Source of the DNA: Octopus bimaculoides | Lineage: Eukaryota | Assembly: GCF_001194135.2 (NCBI RefSeq) | Contig: NC_068982.1 | Span: 114,461,661-114,522,863 of the forward strand | Length of the DNA: 61,203 bases | Direction: 5' to 3' | In this document: piece after piece, positions 36,744 to 50,349 of the stretch | How positions within the stretch are numbered: the first letter of the stretch is position 1 | Layout of the letters: the number at the start of each line of letters is the position of its first letter | Notes under the pieces: model-generated | The model's input: the letters and a program-made list of their open reading frames with translations, nothing else | Databases searched by the model: none | What the model was told of the DNA's origin: nothing | Program-made: the position numbers and the translations under genes

Positions 36744-39469
36744 TACTACTCTTTTTTTCTCTGAGCGTCTTATTTATACATTGCTTGTCTTACGTCTACA
36801 GGTTTGCTTGTTTTTCTTTTGCTTTTTTTTTCCGTTTTTTTTTAAATTGACTATTTACTGCATGCTCATAACACCCCCACCCCACCCCCGCCCTTCCGAC
36901 TGTTTTGGAGTAGCTGATTCATAGATCTCTCTCTCTNNNNNNNNNNNNNNNNNNNNNNNNNNNNNNNNNNNNNNNNNNNNNNNNNNNNNNNNNNNNNNNN
37001 NNNNNNNNNNNNNNNNNNNNNNNNNNNNNNNNNNNNNNNNNNNNNNNNNNNNNNNNNNNNNNNNNNNNNNNNNNNNNNNNNNNNNNNNNNNNNNNNNNNN
37101 NNNNNNNNNNNNNNNNNNNNNNNNNNNNNNNNNNNNNNNNNNNNNNNNNNNNNNNNNNNNNNNNNNNNNNNNNNNNNNNNNNNNNNNNNNNNNNNNNNNN
37201 NNNNNNNNNNNNNNNNNNNNNNNNNNNNNNNNNNNNNNNNNNNNNNNNNNNNNNNNNNGTTTGTGGGCATGTGTGTATATGCTGATGTATGTGTACGTGT
37301 GTGTGTAAACATCGCACGTTATTTAGAATATATGCATTAACAAATAAACCGAACAGCACTTCGGTAAAGACTCCTCCCTTGTTGCACCGTAACTAATTAC
37401 GTACACTCAGATACGACTTAAAAATTAAAATCTTGCAGAAACGAAATCTAAATCGTAAATAGCTTTAAATGTAATCTGAACTAAAATTTGTTGAAATGTC
37501 TAGAATATATCGACATGTATTCAAAATGAAATACAAATTGGCAGCTATAAAATTCTGACGTAAAAGACAAGTTCATTTAATATATGAGAGACGTTTTTCG
37601 AATGTGAAATGGATAGAGTCAATCAAATAGGAGAAATATCTAAAATGTACCCAGTCAATGGGAATAAAAGCACCATATGAAAAGTAAATCTCCTGATGTA
37701 GCAAGAAAGGCATAATTCAAGCAAACAACCTGGGCTAAGGTGTGTCCATAACTTTCATTTTTTTTTTTTTTTTTCTACGAAGAAGCATGTCATAACCACA
37801 GATAATGTATTCAAAATCATCCGAAAGTAATAAAACAGAAATTTTCTAAAGCATTTTGAAGACACAGAGTTTGAAACGTTAAACCTTAATCTACATCAGC
37901 TGAAACAAGGATATTAACATTCACAGTTGGAAAGAAAAATGCAAATAAACATTTTGTAAACGCAAAATACTAAGTAGACTGCTTGACAGTGATCTTAAAT
38001 AGCGTCAGCGTAAAACGAAACTATTTGTATAAAAGACACCCTTCAGAAGAACAAGTTGAAAGCTACCTGATGTCTATGTAAACAAGGTGTGATAGTTTAA
38101 TAAGATAGGTGCATGGATGGAATAAATAGAGCCGAATTATTTGCAAACATGTTGAAGGTGAACAATATCAGATTAATAGCACAGTACTGGAGATGTTAGT
38201 AGAGAAAGTAAGAAGCAGTTTATTCCAAAACCCAGATATTTTTATCACTTTTTATCGCTGAAATTTGGTTTCACTGTATGAGAGCGTGAAAGATACTGCT
38301 CTTGATCAGCTTATTCCCAAAAGTAGCTAAATTACTCAGGCTAAACAAAAATACTGCTCAGTAGCTTATTGAAACATTGTAAATAAGATATATACTTGGT
38401 GCCTCTAACGGTTCTTAAAAGATCGATGTACATCCGCCAACATTATATAAGCTGGAGGCAGTAACAAAATATAAGTAAGTGTCACTACTGATCAACTAAA
38501 TTATATAAGAAGAAACATTAAAGAATTCAAGTACATAACTGTAATGTGGCTGGACTATCAGAGATGATAACACACCCTATAGGAGCATTATCAAAGCTTT
38601 AAAAACAGCAACCAAATTTCCCTCGATCTTGAAAAATGAGAGGACACATTATGTAATATAATGCTGTATTCAACTTCAAAAGACCGTATGCTTATAGATG
38701 AAACACTTAGATCATAAGGCTGATGTGGGGTAAAACAAACAACAACTATATACGAGAAAACAATGAAAATCTTCTTAGAGTGGTCGAATGACTACGTAAT
38801 GAATGATGTAAGGAATAAGGCTTTTTTCTTTTGGATTGTTGTTTTAGTGATTCTCCATTTGCATGAAAAAAAAACAGCCACATTTCTACACATTCCTACA
38901 CTACCGTCTTAGAAAAGAAAGCACTCATGGGACAATGTGGTCCTAAACACTACATATAAAACAAAAGACAGGAAAGTGATAGCTGGAATTTCCTAGTTAG
39001 GGAAGAAAAATATGCACTCATAAATGCATCAAAAGCTCAATAACTATTTTGCTTAAACTTGCGAGCACAAAACTAAAACACATCATTAGAATAGCTAATG
39101 AACTTAAGATTTGAAAAGTCTTCCAAAGATTCTTCATTTTATTTTTCAGGAATGAACATGTATACGCAATCATGTATCTGAATATAGCATACATACACAT
39201 ACTAAAGAAACATATACACCCATTATATTAGCACAAGTAAATCTATACATACACCTACATATAACCTTACATTAACTCACTCTAATATTCGCAAATTCTT
39301 TGAACTAGCTTGATTCAAACAAAAAAGCTTTGTTACTTTGTTAGTGCCCTGCTTGAATTCTGAAGTAAAACATATAAATCTCAAAAATAAATGCATTCAA
39401 GATGCATACATACACATGAATACACCCATGCATACACACATATATACATGTATATATATATGTGTGTAT

Positions 39470-39517
<48 letters not shown>

Positions 39518-42373
39518 NNNNNNNNNNNNNNNNNNNNNNNNNNNNNNNNNNNNNNNNNNNNNNNNNNNNNNNNNNNNNNNNNNNNNNNNNNNTATAATAT
39601 ATAATATATAATATATAATATATAATATATAATTGCAACCACGCATACAGACATCATACATACAAATGTTTAAATATACACGCATGTTCACGCACACGCA
39701 TGTTCACGCACACGCATGCATACAAACACGTATAGATTCACACGCGCATACATACATATGTACAGACAGGCATGTATAATCACACATATAATCACACATT
39801 TGCACACATTAATTCATACACTTAACAATCACTGGAACTAGCTGAGCAGTAACAAAGAAACCGTGTCACTTTGTTAAAATCGGTTTGAATTCTTCGAATA
39901 AAATAAATATCAAAGAAAAATATACATACATGCATACATGCATTGTGAAAATATGTAAAACATTCCAGAAGTTTAGTATGTAAGAAGTGCACATACATGA
40001 GTAAAGGCAAACAGATATTCGCTTACGTACATTTGCTTATGTAGACTTACATAAGTAAAAACATACGCATTCACTCATGCTATATCATCTATACATTCAC
40101 GCTTGTATTTACGTGTACAATTTATGTCAATATATTTATGTGCATATACTTGTGTGTGTACATCCATGTATATATTCCTGTATTTGCATGCATGACTTCC
40201 CCGTTGATGTTGTTAAATTCCAATGAAAGAGCTTTGTTTCTAGGCTCTTTCTCGAATGCTGAGAAAATTCGAAAATAGGCTTGGAAAATCATACATACAT
40301 AGGTATACACATACATATATATATACATACAAACATACAAGATACATGCATGCGTAAATACATACATACATGTGTGTGTACGTGTGTGCGTGTGTGCGTG
40401 TGTTCGTGCGTGTGTGTGTGTGTGTGTCTGTGTGTCTGTGTGCATACAACAGATATGGAAGCGTAGAGGGCCGTTTAAGATATACTTTTGAACTTTTCTA
40501 ACCTATCTCAACCTAAATATGTAATTGTTTTTCTTATTTTTAAATTTTTTTCTGCAATTATGAATAATTGACATTTACACTGACCTAACTTAGTCTAAAT
40601 AAGTAATACTTTGTTTATTTTATTTTTTCATACTTTGTTTTTTTATTTTTTTTGCCAATTATGAATAAGCGAAATACATTTTACTCAACAACTTGATCAT
40701 ATTTAGACTATTTCATAAAAACACATTTTATAGCTCGGGATTTCACTTTTCTGAAGCCTGGCTGATATTGATAAACATACTAATGCCGACATCAACAATG
40801 CTAACAAATATGTGAACTACTTCAGATGATGTAAATATTCTCACTTCACATCTTAAATAAATTCTACTCTGTTTCTATCAAAAGATCTGTGAAAATCTGT
40901 CTTTCGGTTACATAAAGTGGTTTATAAATCACTATGAGAATTTTTACCAAAACTTAAACCGTTTCACGGTTAAGCAGCGTTATCGACATGCAGTTTCCGG
41001 TGCCTAAAAAATGGCTTTCACAAACAGGATCTTTTTTTTCCAAAACCATGTTAATCAACACTCTGAAGACATCCAAAACCCAGTCAAAAGTTACCGTAGA
41101 AATGAACGATAAAAACTACTGTCAACTTTCATATATCTCAGCATGAAACTGATCCGACAGAGATAATTATGGAATATATACTACTTAAAAAAACTTAAAC
41201 TTACAGTTTGAAAGGTTCTCTAAGCTATCATTAAAGAACACTTGTTTTAATGAGTGATGTTAAAGAACGACGACTCTCATGTTAAAAGTTTATTTGGACT
41301 CTCATTTCTAGGTGGTATATGACTCTAATAGAACACCGTAAAATATCAGTAGTTAGCATTGCGATGAAATCGATCAGTATGAACAATCCAGGAAGTTAAC
41401 AAAACCAAGAGAAATCATTAAGTGCTTGTACCATCATGAAGTGTAAGGGGAATAAGTTTACAGCAAGTAAATTACAGCCTCTGAAAAATAAATTGATTAA
41501 AATATACAGACTGTACACTTCAACTGATAACTTCAAAACATGAACCCAAAAAATTGAGAGACAAACTTCAGTATGATGGGGGTGGCATTAAATCCACTTC
41601 AATAAACCACTACTAACCACAAGTTTTGATTCTAATCCTGAAAGTGTTTCTTGGAGATGGGAAATAGAATGTAGATTTTAAAAATCCGCAGAAAATGACG
41701 TCGTGATACATGGTTATGTTGTCAGAAACATTCAGTGCCTGTAACACATGTAACCAAAATAGTCTTTCTTTGCAACCGAAAAGGTACATAATGTCATATT
41801 TCTGTGGAAGACAAACACATATTATTAGTAGCTGCCCCAAAATGTCATCAAATTATAACCTCCCTATGCAGCACAACGATGCCATTCAGAAAAAAGAAAG
41901 ACCTGGAACAAAATACAGGGAATCCCCCTATTATTGAATGCATACGCAAACATCAACTCAGGGAAGATAACTATGGACATTAGCTTCGAAATCTCCAGCT
42001 TCTATGCCAGTTTATAAATTCACATTTATACCAATTATAATTGGTGCATTTGGTTTTGTGCCCAAGGGACAATCTGAATAAGTTAAGATTTTTAGAAAAA
42101 GAGATCAAACTCGTATATTGCAAATACAATTTGTAAGTAGAACAGTAAAAATATGCAAGCCTTTTTCTCGAGTTTAAAATGCAAATTTGCTTTTGTTGTC
42201 TACAGTCCAACAACGTGGCTTTGTATCTTTGTTAGAAACCAGCTTCATTCTCAGAGGTAGATTTCAAATAATTAAAAACTGAACAGAACACATACATACA
42301 CACACACACATACATACATACATACATACATACATACATACATACATACATACATACATACAAACATACATAA

Positions 42374-42405
<32 letters not shown>

Positions 42406-43366
42406 CATACATATTTATACATACATATAAATACATATTTACATTCATACAAGCATATCTACATACACATCACACACGCACGCACGCACGCACACACGCA
42501 AACATGTACATACACACACACCCACATACATGCATACATACATACATACATACATACATACATACATACATACATACATACATACATACATACATACCCA
42601 ATATATAAGTACAGATATATAGTTTTGGGAAAAAAAATAAAAAGCATGAATTTATCTTGCTACTTTTAATGTGATTCTAAATTCGAAGGTTAAACAAGTA
42701 CTTCTGTCAGCCATGCATCCTTACAAAATATACTGAGTTGTAATTCATCATTTTTTTATTACTATAGAGAACAAGCAACATCAGAATATATAGCATTTTA
42801 TCATAATTTCCAATTCAGAGATATCAACCTAAACTGAATGTAATTGTAAAATGACGTCTAACCGCCCTCTGAATACATCAAACTTCAGGAATTTCAATCA
42901 GATTTGACACGAAGTACCTTATTTCTTAACCTGTGACACAGTAAATCAATACATTCAAAACTGATTTGTTTTCTACTTAGGCACAAAGCCAGATACAATT
43001 ACAAGGGAACAAAAGGACTATTATGTTTATGTCTTTCTTGGTATCACTATAAATGAAACTAGTCGATTTTAACCTAGACACAAAACCGGTTAGAGGAATA
43101 AATAATCATACCTGCACTAAATGCAGACATATTGACGTAGGCAATACTATTTACTTCATCTAACCGAGATATTTAAGAGCTGAAAGTGAAAAACAACTCC
43201 TCAAACAACTGGTACTATGATTTAACTTTAACTTACTGGTGGTCCGTAAAAAAGACATGTGTCTTTCCGAACTCCCAGCAGGACAACATTTTTTAATGAC
43301 AGACAGAAATACGTTTTTTTGAGGTGGTGTGGATTTATCATTAGCTTTATCACTGGTTGACCGTTT

Positions 43367-43460
43367 AAATTAAACCTGATGATGGTGAAATTGCGTAATT
43401 CTATGTAAGCTTTTATAATTACATTGAATAAAGTTCTACCGAAACAGCTGTCTCTAATTT
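43367..43460 (+). ncRNA. Type-I hammerhead ribozyme candidate with canonical core and extended stem II
   Basis: CUGAUGA 43376-43382; U; stem II GGU-GAA...UUC-U-ACC; GAAAC 43441-43445; palindromic ACAGCUGU; GUC triplet 43450-43452. Stem I AAAUUAAA/UCUAAUUU is imperfect, with one extra C. Confidence 0.7.
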
Positions 43461-43719
43461 CAGCGTCATTTGTTTGTTACTATTCCATACGTACCCGCAC
43501 CAAAGATTCATCGGTGAGTTAGATTGTTGGTTATTAATTGGATTTAGTATTTACATAACTACAGTATCCTGCCTGCTTTCGATGTCTTCAATGGTATATT
43601 ATTTAACCGTCAGCTCTATGTAATGATACCTACCCATTTTCTGGCGTCTTACACGTTGATATGGCTTGATTCTTAATGAATCCTTATAACTAAATTATAT
43701 ATTATATGTATAAATGTAT

Positions 43720-43752
<33 letters not shown>

Positions 43753-43830
43753 CGTGTGTGTGTGTGTGTGTGTGGTGCAGACTGAAGGCTAACCAAAACA
43801 ATATGCAGATAGATAGAGAGAGAGAGAGAA

Positions 43831-43915
<85 letters not shown>

Positions 43916-43948
43916 TACAGACCGACCGACCGACCGACAAACAGACAA

Positions 43949-43988
<40 letters not shown>
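43720..43988 (+). repeat. Compound microsatellite (GA)n(GT)n..(GACA)n(GACC)n(GATA)n
   Basis: Directly visible. Representative of dozens of similar tracts, e.g. 9260-9308, 19700-20090, 23100-23410, 42290-42600 and 55010-55350. Confidence 0.97.
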
Positions 43989-45048
43989 TTGTGTATGTGT
44001 GAGTATACACATGCATTTATATTATAAGCGTTCATGCGTAAGTGTGCGCACGTGCGCGCATTTATATTTGTGTATTCTTTTCAAAGTGTGAATTAAAAAT
44101 CCTTTTTTGATTCACTTAAAAAGTATTTCTTCAGCTGAAAGTTTTAATCGACTTTAGTTTAAAGTAATATGAGGATTCACTAATGTTTCCCTTTCGGTGA
44201 TTTATGTTATAATCCAGAAGCAAACCTTGAAAACCAACATTCGGAATGAGTTTCATAAATACATCGCAAATAGAAAAGGGTGAGAGAATAACACAGCTGT
44301 GTTCTTCTTGCTGGAACAATAACTTAAATAATACCTCAAACATATAAATAGATAAAAGAATCATCGCCAATAAATTACTATTAGAATTAAAACTAATTGA
44401 TTTTTCCTTCGTAATTGACTTAAACTTGTTTTCTTGAAATTAACTCCGTTTTTAGCATATTGTTCAACGCTTTTTTACAATCCTAATTAGTTTCTGTTCC
44501 TAGTGTTGACTAGAAGACAAATTTTCTCCTGCGAAATTATGTGCATATGTATGTTATATATATATATATATATATATNNNNNNNNNNNNNNNNNNNNNNN
44601 NNNNNNNNNNNNNNNNNNNNNNNNNNNNNNNNNNNNNNNNNNNNNNNNNNNNNNNNNNNNNNNNNNNNNNNNNNNNNNNNNNNNNNNNNNNNNNNNNNNN
44701 NNNNNNNNNNNNNNNNNNNNNNNNNNNNNNNNNNNNNNNNNNNNNNNNNNNNNNNNNNNNNNNNNNNNNNNNNNNNNNNNNNNNNNNNNNNNNNNNNNNN
44801 NNNNNNNNNNNNNNNNNNNNNNNNNNNNNNNNNNNNNNNNNNNNNNNNNNNNNNNNNNNNNNNNNNNNNNNNNNNNNNNNNNNNNNNNNNNNNNNNNNNN
44901 NNNNNNNNNNNNNNNNNNNNNNNNNNNNNNNNNNNNNNNNNNNNNNNNNNNNNNNNNNNNNNNNNNNNNNNNNNNNNNNNNNNNNNNNNNNNNNNNNNNN
45001 NNNNNNNNNNNNNNNNNNNNNNNNNNNNNNNNNNNNNNNNNNNNNNNN

Positions 45049-45092
<44 letters not shown>

Positions 45093-46278
45093 GTATCTTA
45101 GATCTAAGATACGTATACATATATAAAATTACTTAGTATTGAGATATATACATGCCGCTAAACATTTTCTTAGCATTATAAATAAACAAATAGAGATTGT
45201 GGAAATCTTATGCAACTTCTTGTATTTTGTTTATGCTTTTGAATATATTCGATCATTGTTTTCTGTGATCGTATTTATATTCTTTCAATGTTTTAAACAT
45301 TTATTCTAATTAGGTGATTTTTTATTTATTTATTTAAGTTTTGTGTTGATTTAATTCGCGGACATTTCTTATACTTTCTTTTCGCAGAGAAGAATTGTGT
45401 TTATAAATGTTTTTTGTTTTTACTCATATATTTTTTTTCTACATATTTTAGTTCACATAGAAATACTGTTTACTTAATTGTAATACAAAGCTGGAAAGGT
45501 TTTTTTCTTTAACTGACTACGGTTGCTATTACATAATTAAGTATGAATATTCCTTTGCATTGTACATCAAGCATATTTAGCATAATTAGCTTATAGTTGA
45601 TTTAACTGGTAACAAATTTCCATCAGATATTTAGTTTAATGGTATATGCTGAGAAACACGAAATGCTAACACTGCCTATTTGATAACATTCATCTCACTC
45701 AACCTGATATATATCTTTCCGGTGTACGGGCGTAAATCACCAATGTGTTTAGTTAAGTTACTTTATTTTCGCTAAACTCCATAAATCTAATGAAATAATA
45801 GCATAAAAATGGACAATAACAGAATCTAGTAAATTAGTTTTTGTTAAAACTCGATTAGCAATGACAAATATCTCTAGCTCATTAATGATTTGAAATATCA
45901 ACATGTTTTGTTACCTAAGATACAAATGGAGTACTTACGTACTACCACTGTACTGCGTTGGTATTTCATTTGTACTCTGTTCCAATATAGTTGGGTTGGA
46001 AATATACAAACATGTTCATATGCGTGTCGCCTAGATGTTAAATAAGGCCCAATAAAGGCAAGTTTAGATCATTATTTAAATGAGCTGTAACATTCTAATA
46101 ACTAACATTATCTCGGTATCACAGAAAATTCAAACGACTCCTCCATAACAACAGAAATCGGTCGGTTCAACCCTCAGCCGGAATTTTAGGAAAGGTTCTC
46201 CTTGGCTTAATTACAAAGTAAGACAAGACACATAAGAACCAACGACGGTGGTTCTATGCAGTCGGTTGTTCTGCTATA

Positions 46279-46470
46279 CATAGCAGCCTAGTGATTAAGG
46301 TGTTGCACTCACGATTGCCAGATCGTGGGTACGATTCACAGATCGAGCAGCGTGTTATGTTCTTGAATAAAATACTTCATTTCATGTGTTGTGTGGAAAG
46401 TGACATGTGAAAGAATAAACCCGACGTTTCCTCTGCGTATCGTAAACGGTGACTAAATGAGGTTGAGCTC
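46279..46470 (+). mobile_element. tRNA-derived SINE, degraded
   Basis: TAGCAGCCTAGTGATTAAGG (A box) .. GGTACGATTCAC (B-box-like) .. GTTATGTTCTTGAATAAAATACTTCATTTCATG. Same family as 15104 and 58145. Confidence 0.65.
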
Positions 46471-47845
46471 AGATTTGCCATCTAAGTGATGCAAAGGTGT
46501 CAACCGCTAGGTGTAAGGAATCACCAACAAATGATTGATACAACGCATCAAATGACAGCGCATGCCCCCATTCTATATAACTCTCAGTTTGTTCATCCAG
46601 TCCTACATTATTCTCTGTCATGCTATTTATTTAATACAGTAAGGTGCATGGAAGATTTCTCACAGACCAAGTCACCACGCGGAGAATTCCTCGTCTACTT
46701 TCGTAAAGCTAGAAATGCCGATAGTGGCTATAGTTACAAACAGGTATTTGTGTATGTGTCTATGTATATATATATATATATCTTTTACTTGTTTCAGTCA
46801 TATATATATATATATATATATATATGCATATGCAGAGAGACAGAGATAGAGAATTGCGATTAATGTACTTCTAATTTAAACTGACAAACTGAGGCCTGCA
46901 GGGAAAGCATGAGATCATTGGATGGAAAGGGTTTACAGAGGGATGATGAACGAGGTGAGACTTGTTGAGAATAGTAATTGGATAAATCTTTGTCTGGACA
47001 TCGATTATAAGCATTGTATGAACATTATGAATAAAAGACATATGCCGCCATAAACTTATACTGCATTCCCTTATTACACAGATAAATGTGCATTGCACAT
47101 ATTCATGATCACATGATTTACAGAAAAAAATGCATGTAAACATGGTTTTGTAAATTTACAACACCATGTTCCAATTTTGCCGTCAAAATCTATTAAATCC
47201 TACAATTACGTGCTCATACTCAAACGCGGACAAATTCAGGTGTATATAACTGTGTGTGTGAGAGAGAGAGCGTGTGTGAGAGAGAGTGTGTTTGAGAGAG
47301 AGTGTGTGTGAGAGAGAGTGTGTGCACGTGTGTGTGCGTGTGTGTGTGCGTGTGCGTGTGTGTTTTTTTGTGTATGTGTGTGTGTTTGTGTGTGTGTGTA
47401 TGTGTGTCTGTGTGTGTGTCTGTGTGTCTGTGTGTGCTCGCGCTCGTGTATTTATATTCATAAATGTGTGCATTTATGTTCATGAATTTGGACATGCAAG
47501 AGCGTTTTCACATAAGATCATTAGGGAGTCAATTAATTGATGGTGAACACAGTTCCTTACAAGAATCCCAGAACTGATGCAAGGGAGACAACAATTAAGA
47601 TTTCCTTATAAGTTACCTCCCATGATCTGTATATTTATTTATTCGAAATGCCGTACAGTCTCGTGTAGCTCCATGTATTCTCACCCAAAATGGAGACGAC
47701 TACCCTTGTCCCCATGTGACAAGTTTGAAAATTGCAAAAAACTCCCACTATTCATGAAATCATTGGCAGCCTTGATAACACACAAATAAAGAATACTTTT
47801 CTGTCAAGGCGGTATGGTGCATTCATTCTCACTGATCGGTGTATG

Positions 47846-47940
<95 letters not shown>

Positions 47941-47951
47941 NNNNNNNNNNA

Positions 47952-47984
<33 letters not shown>

Positions 47985-48649
47985 CTTTACATACATATGT
48001 ACACGCACACCAATCATTAATGACAAATAAAATTGAACTATGTGGACAGTTTTTTTTTAATTCTTTTTACCATAGACACAAATAATCTTAAGTCAGTCAC
48101 TTTTAATCAGAAAAAAATGCGTCCCACTGCGTATGTGCGTCTGTGTATATTTTGCTTAAAAAGTAATACCAGATTTTAAATCTATTTTTAATCGCATAGT
48201 GTCAAATATTTATTTTTTATTCGATAAACCTTTTATATTTATGTTTTGAGCTGTTATTTTTTTAATATTTTCTAAAATTTCCTTTACGTCGTGATTTTAT
48301 AAGTTGCATAAAATAAAGGTATTTCGTATTCTATTTTGTCATGAATTTAAACTTGCCCAGAACGATTTGCGAGTTGTATAAATGTTTACGAAGAATGGCA
48401 CGAAAGAATAATTTTTGAATCTAATGAGCTATTTCCATTTCATTTCAATTAGTCTCAAGTCTGAAAGATAAGAAGAGTCTTTGATGAAAGATAAAAGTGT
48501 CGGGCGTTTCTGAATAGTCTAGGTTTTATTAAAGTGATGACATGTAATTAGATATTTAATGATCTTTCTTACCAACCACTTAGAAATTGATATTCTAATT
48601 TATAGTAGCTATAAGACTACTCATATCACATCAGATCATTTTTAAGAGA

Positions 48650-48687
<38 letters not shown>

Positions 48688-48697
48688 NNNNNNNNNN

Positions 48698-48744
<47 letters not shown>

Positions 48745-50163
48745 ATCTCAACTAGTGTGAAGTAAAGGTTTTGTCTTCTTACAAAAATAACAGTTTCTTA
48801 TACAAGAACAAACAAGAGCGCAGTTACTTATTTTATTGACCAAGCAGAAGACTGTGTATCCAGCATTTTACTATTTCTACCGGCAATGCTAAAGATGAAA
48901 ATGTGTGAAGAATATGTGATTATGTTTCAAGTTTTGTTGAGTTGCACCTTTAATTGCGTGACTTGTAATAATCCACAGATATAGAGTTCTTTAGATCAAA
49001 AGGAGTTTCCTACCTTATTCCCAGTGCTATGTATTTTATCATATCTCAGTAGATTTATATATTTCAATTTAGAAATCTCTGGTCTTGCCTAACTATAATT
49101 AGGCAAGAGCAGCAATGACACTTTGCCATCAAAATGTTGTTTCTTCCGAATTCATATGAAGCGAACAATGGAAGTATAATTGTCGGAAATAGTTTAGGAA
49201 GATGACGAACTAATGAATCTTGTTGCTATTAAGTGGAATACAAATCGCTGTTGATGCATAAATGAGATTTCCAAATTCAAAGAAATACTGAAATGAACAA
49301 TGAAGTTAAGCACTCAAATCTGAGAGAATACTGATGTTACTCACAGAAACATATGGATGAAGGCAAATAGAGCCATCCGAATATTGGCAAAGATTCCCTA
49401 ACCAACACCAGCTAACTACTAACTCACAGATACGCTGTGTCTTCGGAATTTCTCTTCAACTGGTAATATAAAAGCCTACTCTAGAACCCACAGTAAGCAC
49501 CTCCATTAACCATACAGCAGAAGCGCTCGCAGGATAGGTGAAAAGATCGGAGAGCACTGTCGAGAAGACAATTGAAAGAAACTGACATCCATACTTTGCC
49601 AACATCAATATACCATAAAGAAATGCGATGAATCGATAAACAATGTTGAAATAAAATTCTTTCAACACATCCAAAAGATCCGATATTCCGACAGGTTAGA
49701 TACGGATGGTTTCAACTGAATGGAGTAACAACACGCATATCGACCATCCACTGCCTCCACTGCAATCACACAAGCGTGAGGATGAAATAAAATCAAAGTC
49801 CAACTACACTGAATCGCACACATCCCAGCACACTCACATTTGTATACACACAATCCTGAAAATTATAATATGCAAAGACTCGAGCTTGTACTTTCATGTT
49901 CGTACCAACAAAACAGAAAAAAAGCAAATTAAAATTTTAAAAAGCAGAGGCAATGAAACAAAAGACTAACATGATTACACGCTCGGGTGTGACACAACAA
50001 TGAAATGATGATTGACAACCTAACATGCAAGAGAAAATTCACTTGAAGAATTTGAAATCATTGAAAACGTCACAGTTGTGTGATGAAAATTTGACAATAT
50101 TGCTAAGACTAAAGTGAAGTATAACGAGTGATTGAGTTTGTTGTCAGTATCACCTCAACAAAG

Positions 50164-50225
<62 letters not shown>

Positions 50226-50312
50226 ATACTAACAAATGTCTAATACAAAATCCATCTCCTACTATTAATTAACACTATATATATGTATATATATGTATAC
50301 ACACACACACAA

Positions 50313-50349
<37 letters not shown>

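Larger units (their letters stand above)
35940..36850. mobile_element. Head-to-head inverted pair of Penelope-type pseudo-LTR fragments around a degenerate CA-rich tract
   Basis: The reverse complement of about 35940-36113 aligns with about 36652-36850 (CACGT.ATT.TTGGCGA..CCTTCGTCTTGGA..TTTCCGAA..GCTAT..TCGAAACGTAA.ACT..CTGAGC.TCTTATT.ATACATTGCTTGT). Confidence 0.75.

Noticed and set aside
37830-38340. Possible very old hAT transposase traces (FETLNLNL..; LVSLYESVKDTALDQLIP)
   Set aside because: The similarity is too fragmentary to support by eye and needs a profile-HMM (Dfam/Pfam) search.
46630-46950. Two plus-strand exon-like segments (ending ACAG|GTATTT at about 46743; CCTGCAG|...CGAG|GTGAGA)
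   Set aside because: No recognisable homology. Phases join only into a short terminating peptide, and such sites are common by chance.
47685-47770. Minus-strand 86-nt candidate exon, AANDFMNSGSFLQFSNLSHGDKGSRLHF, with a caspase-like LSHG motif
   Set aside because: The AAG acceptor is weak, the spacing differs from caspase p20, and no same-strand QACxG exon was seen. The motif match could be chance.
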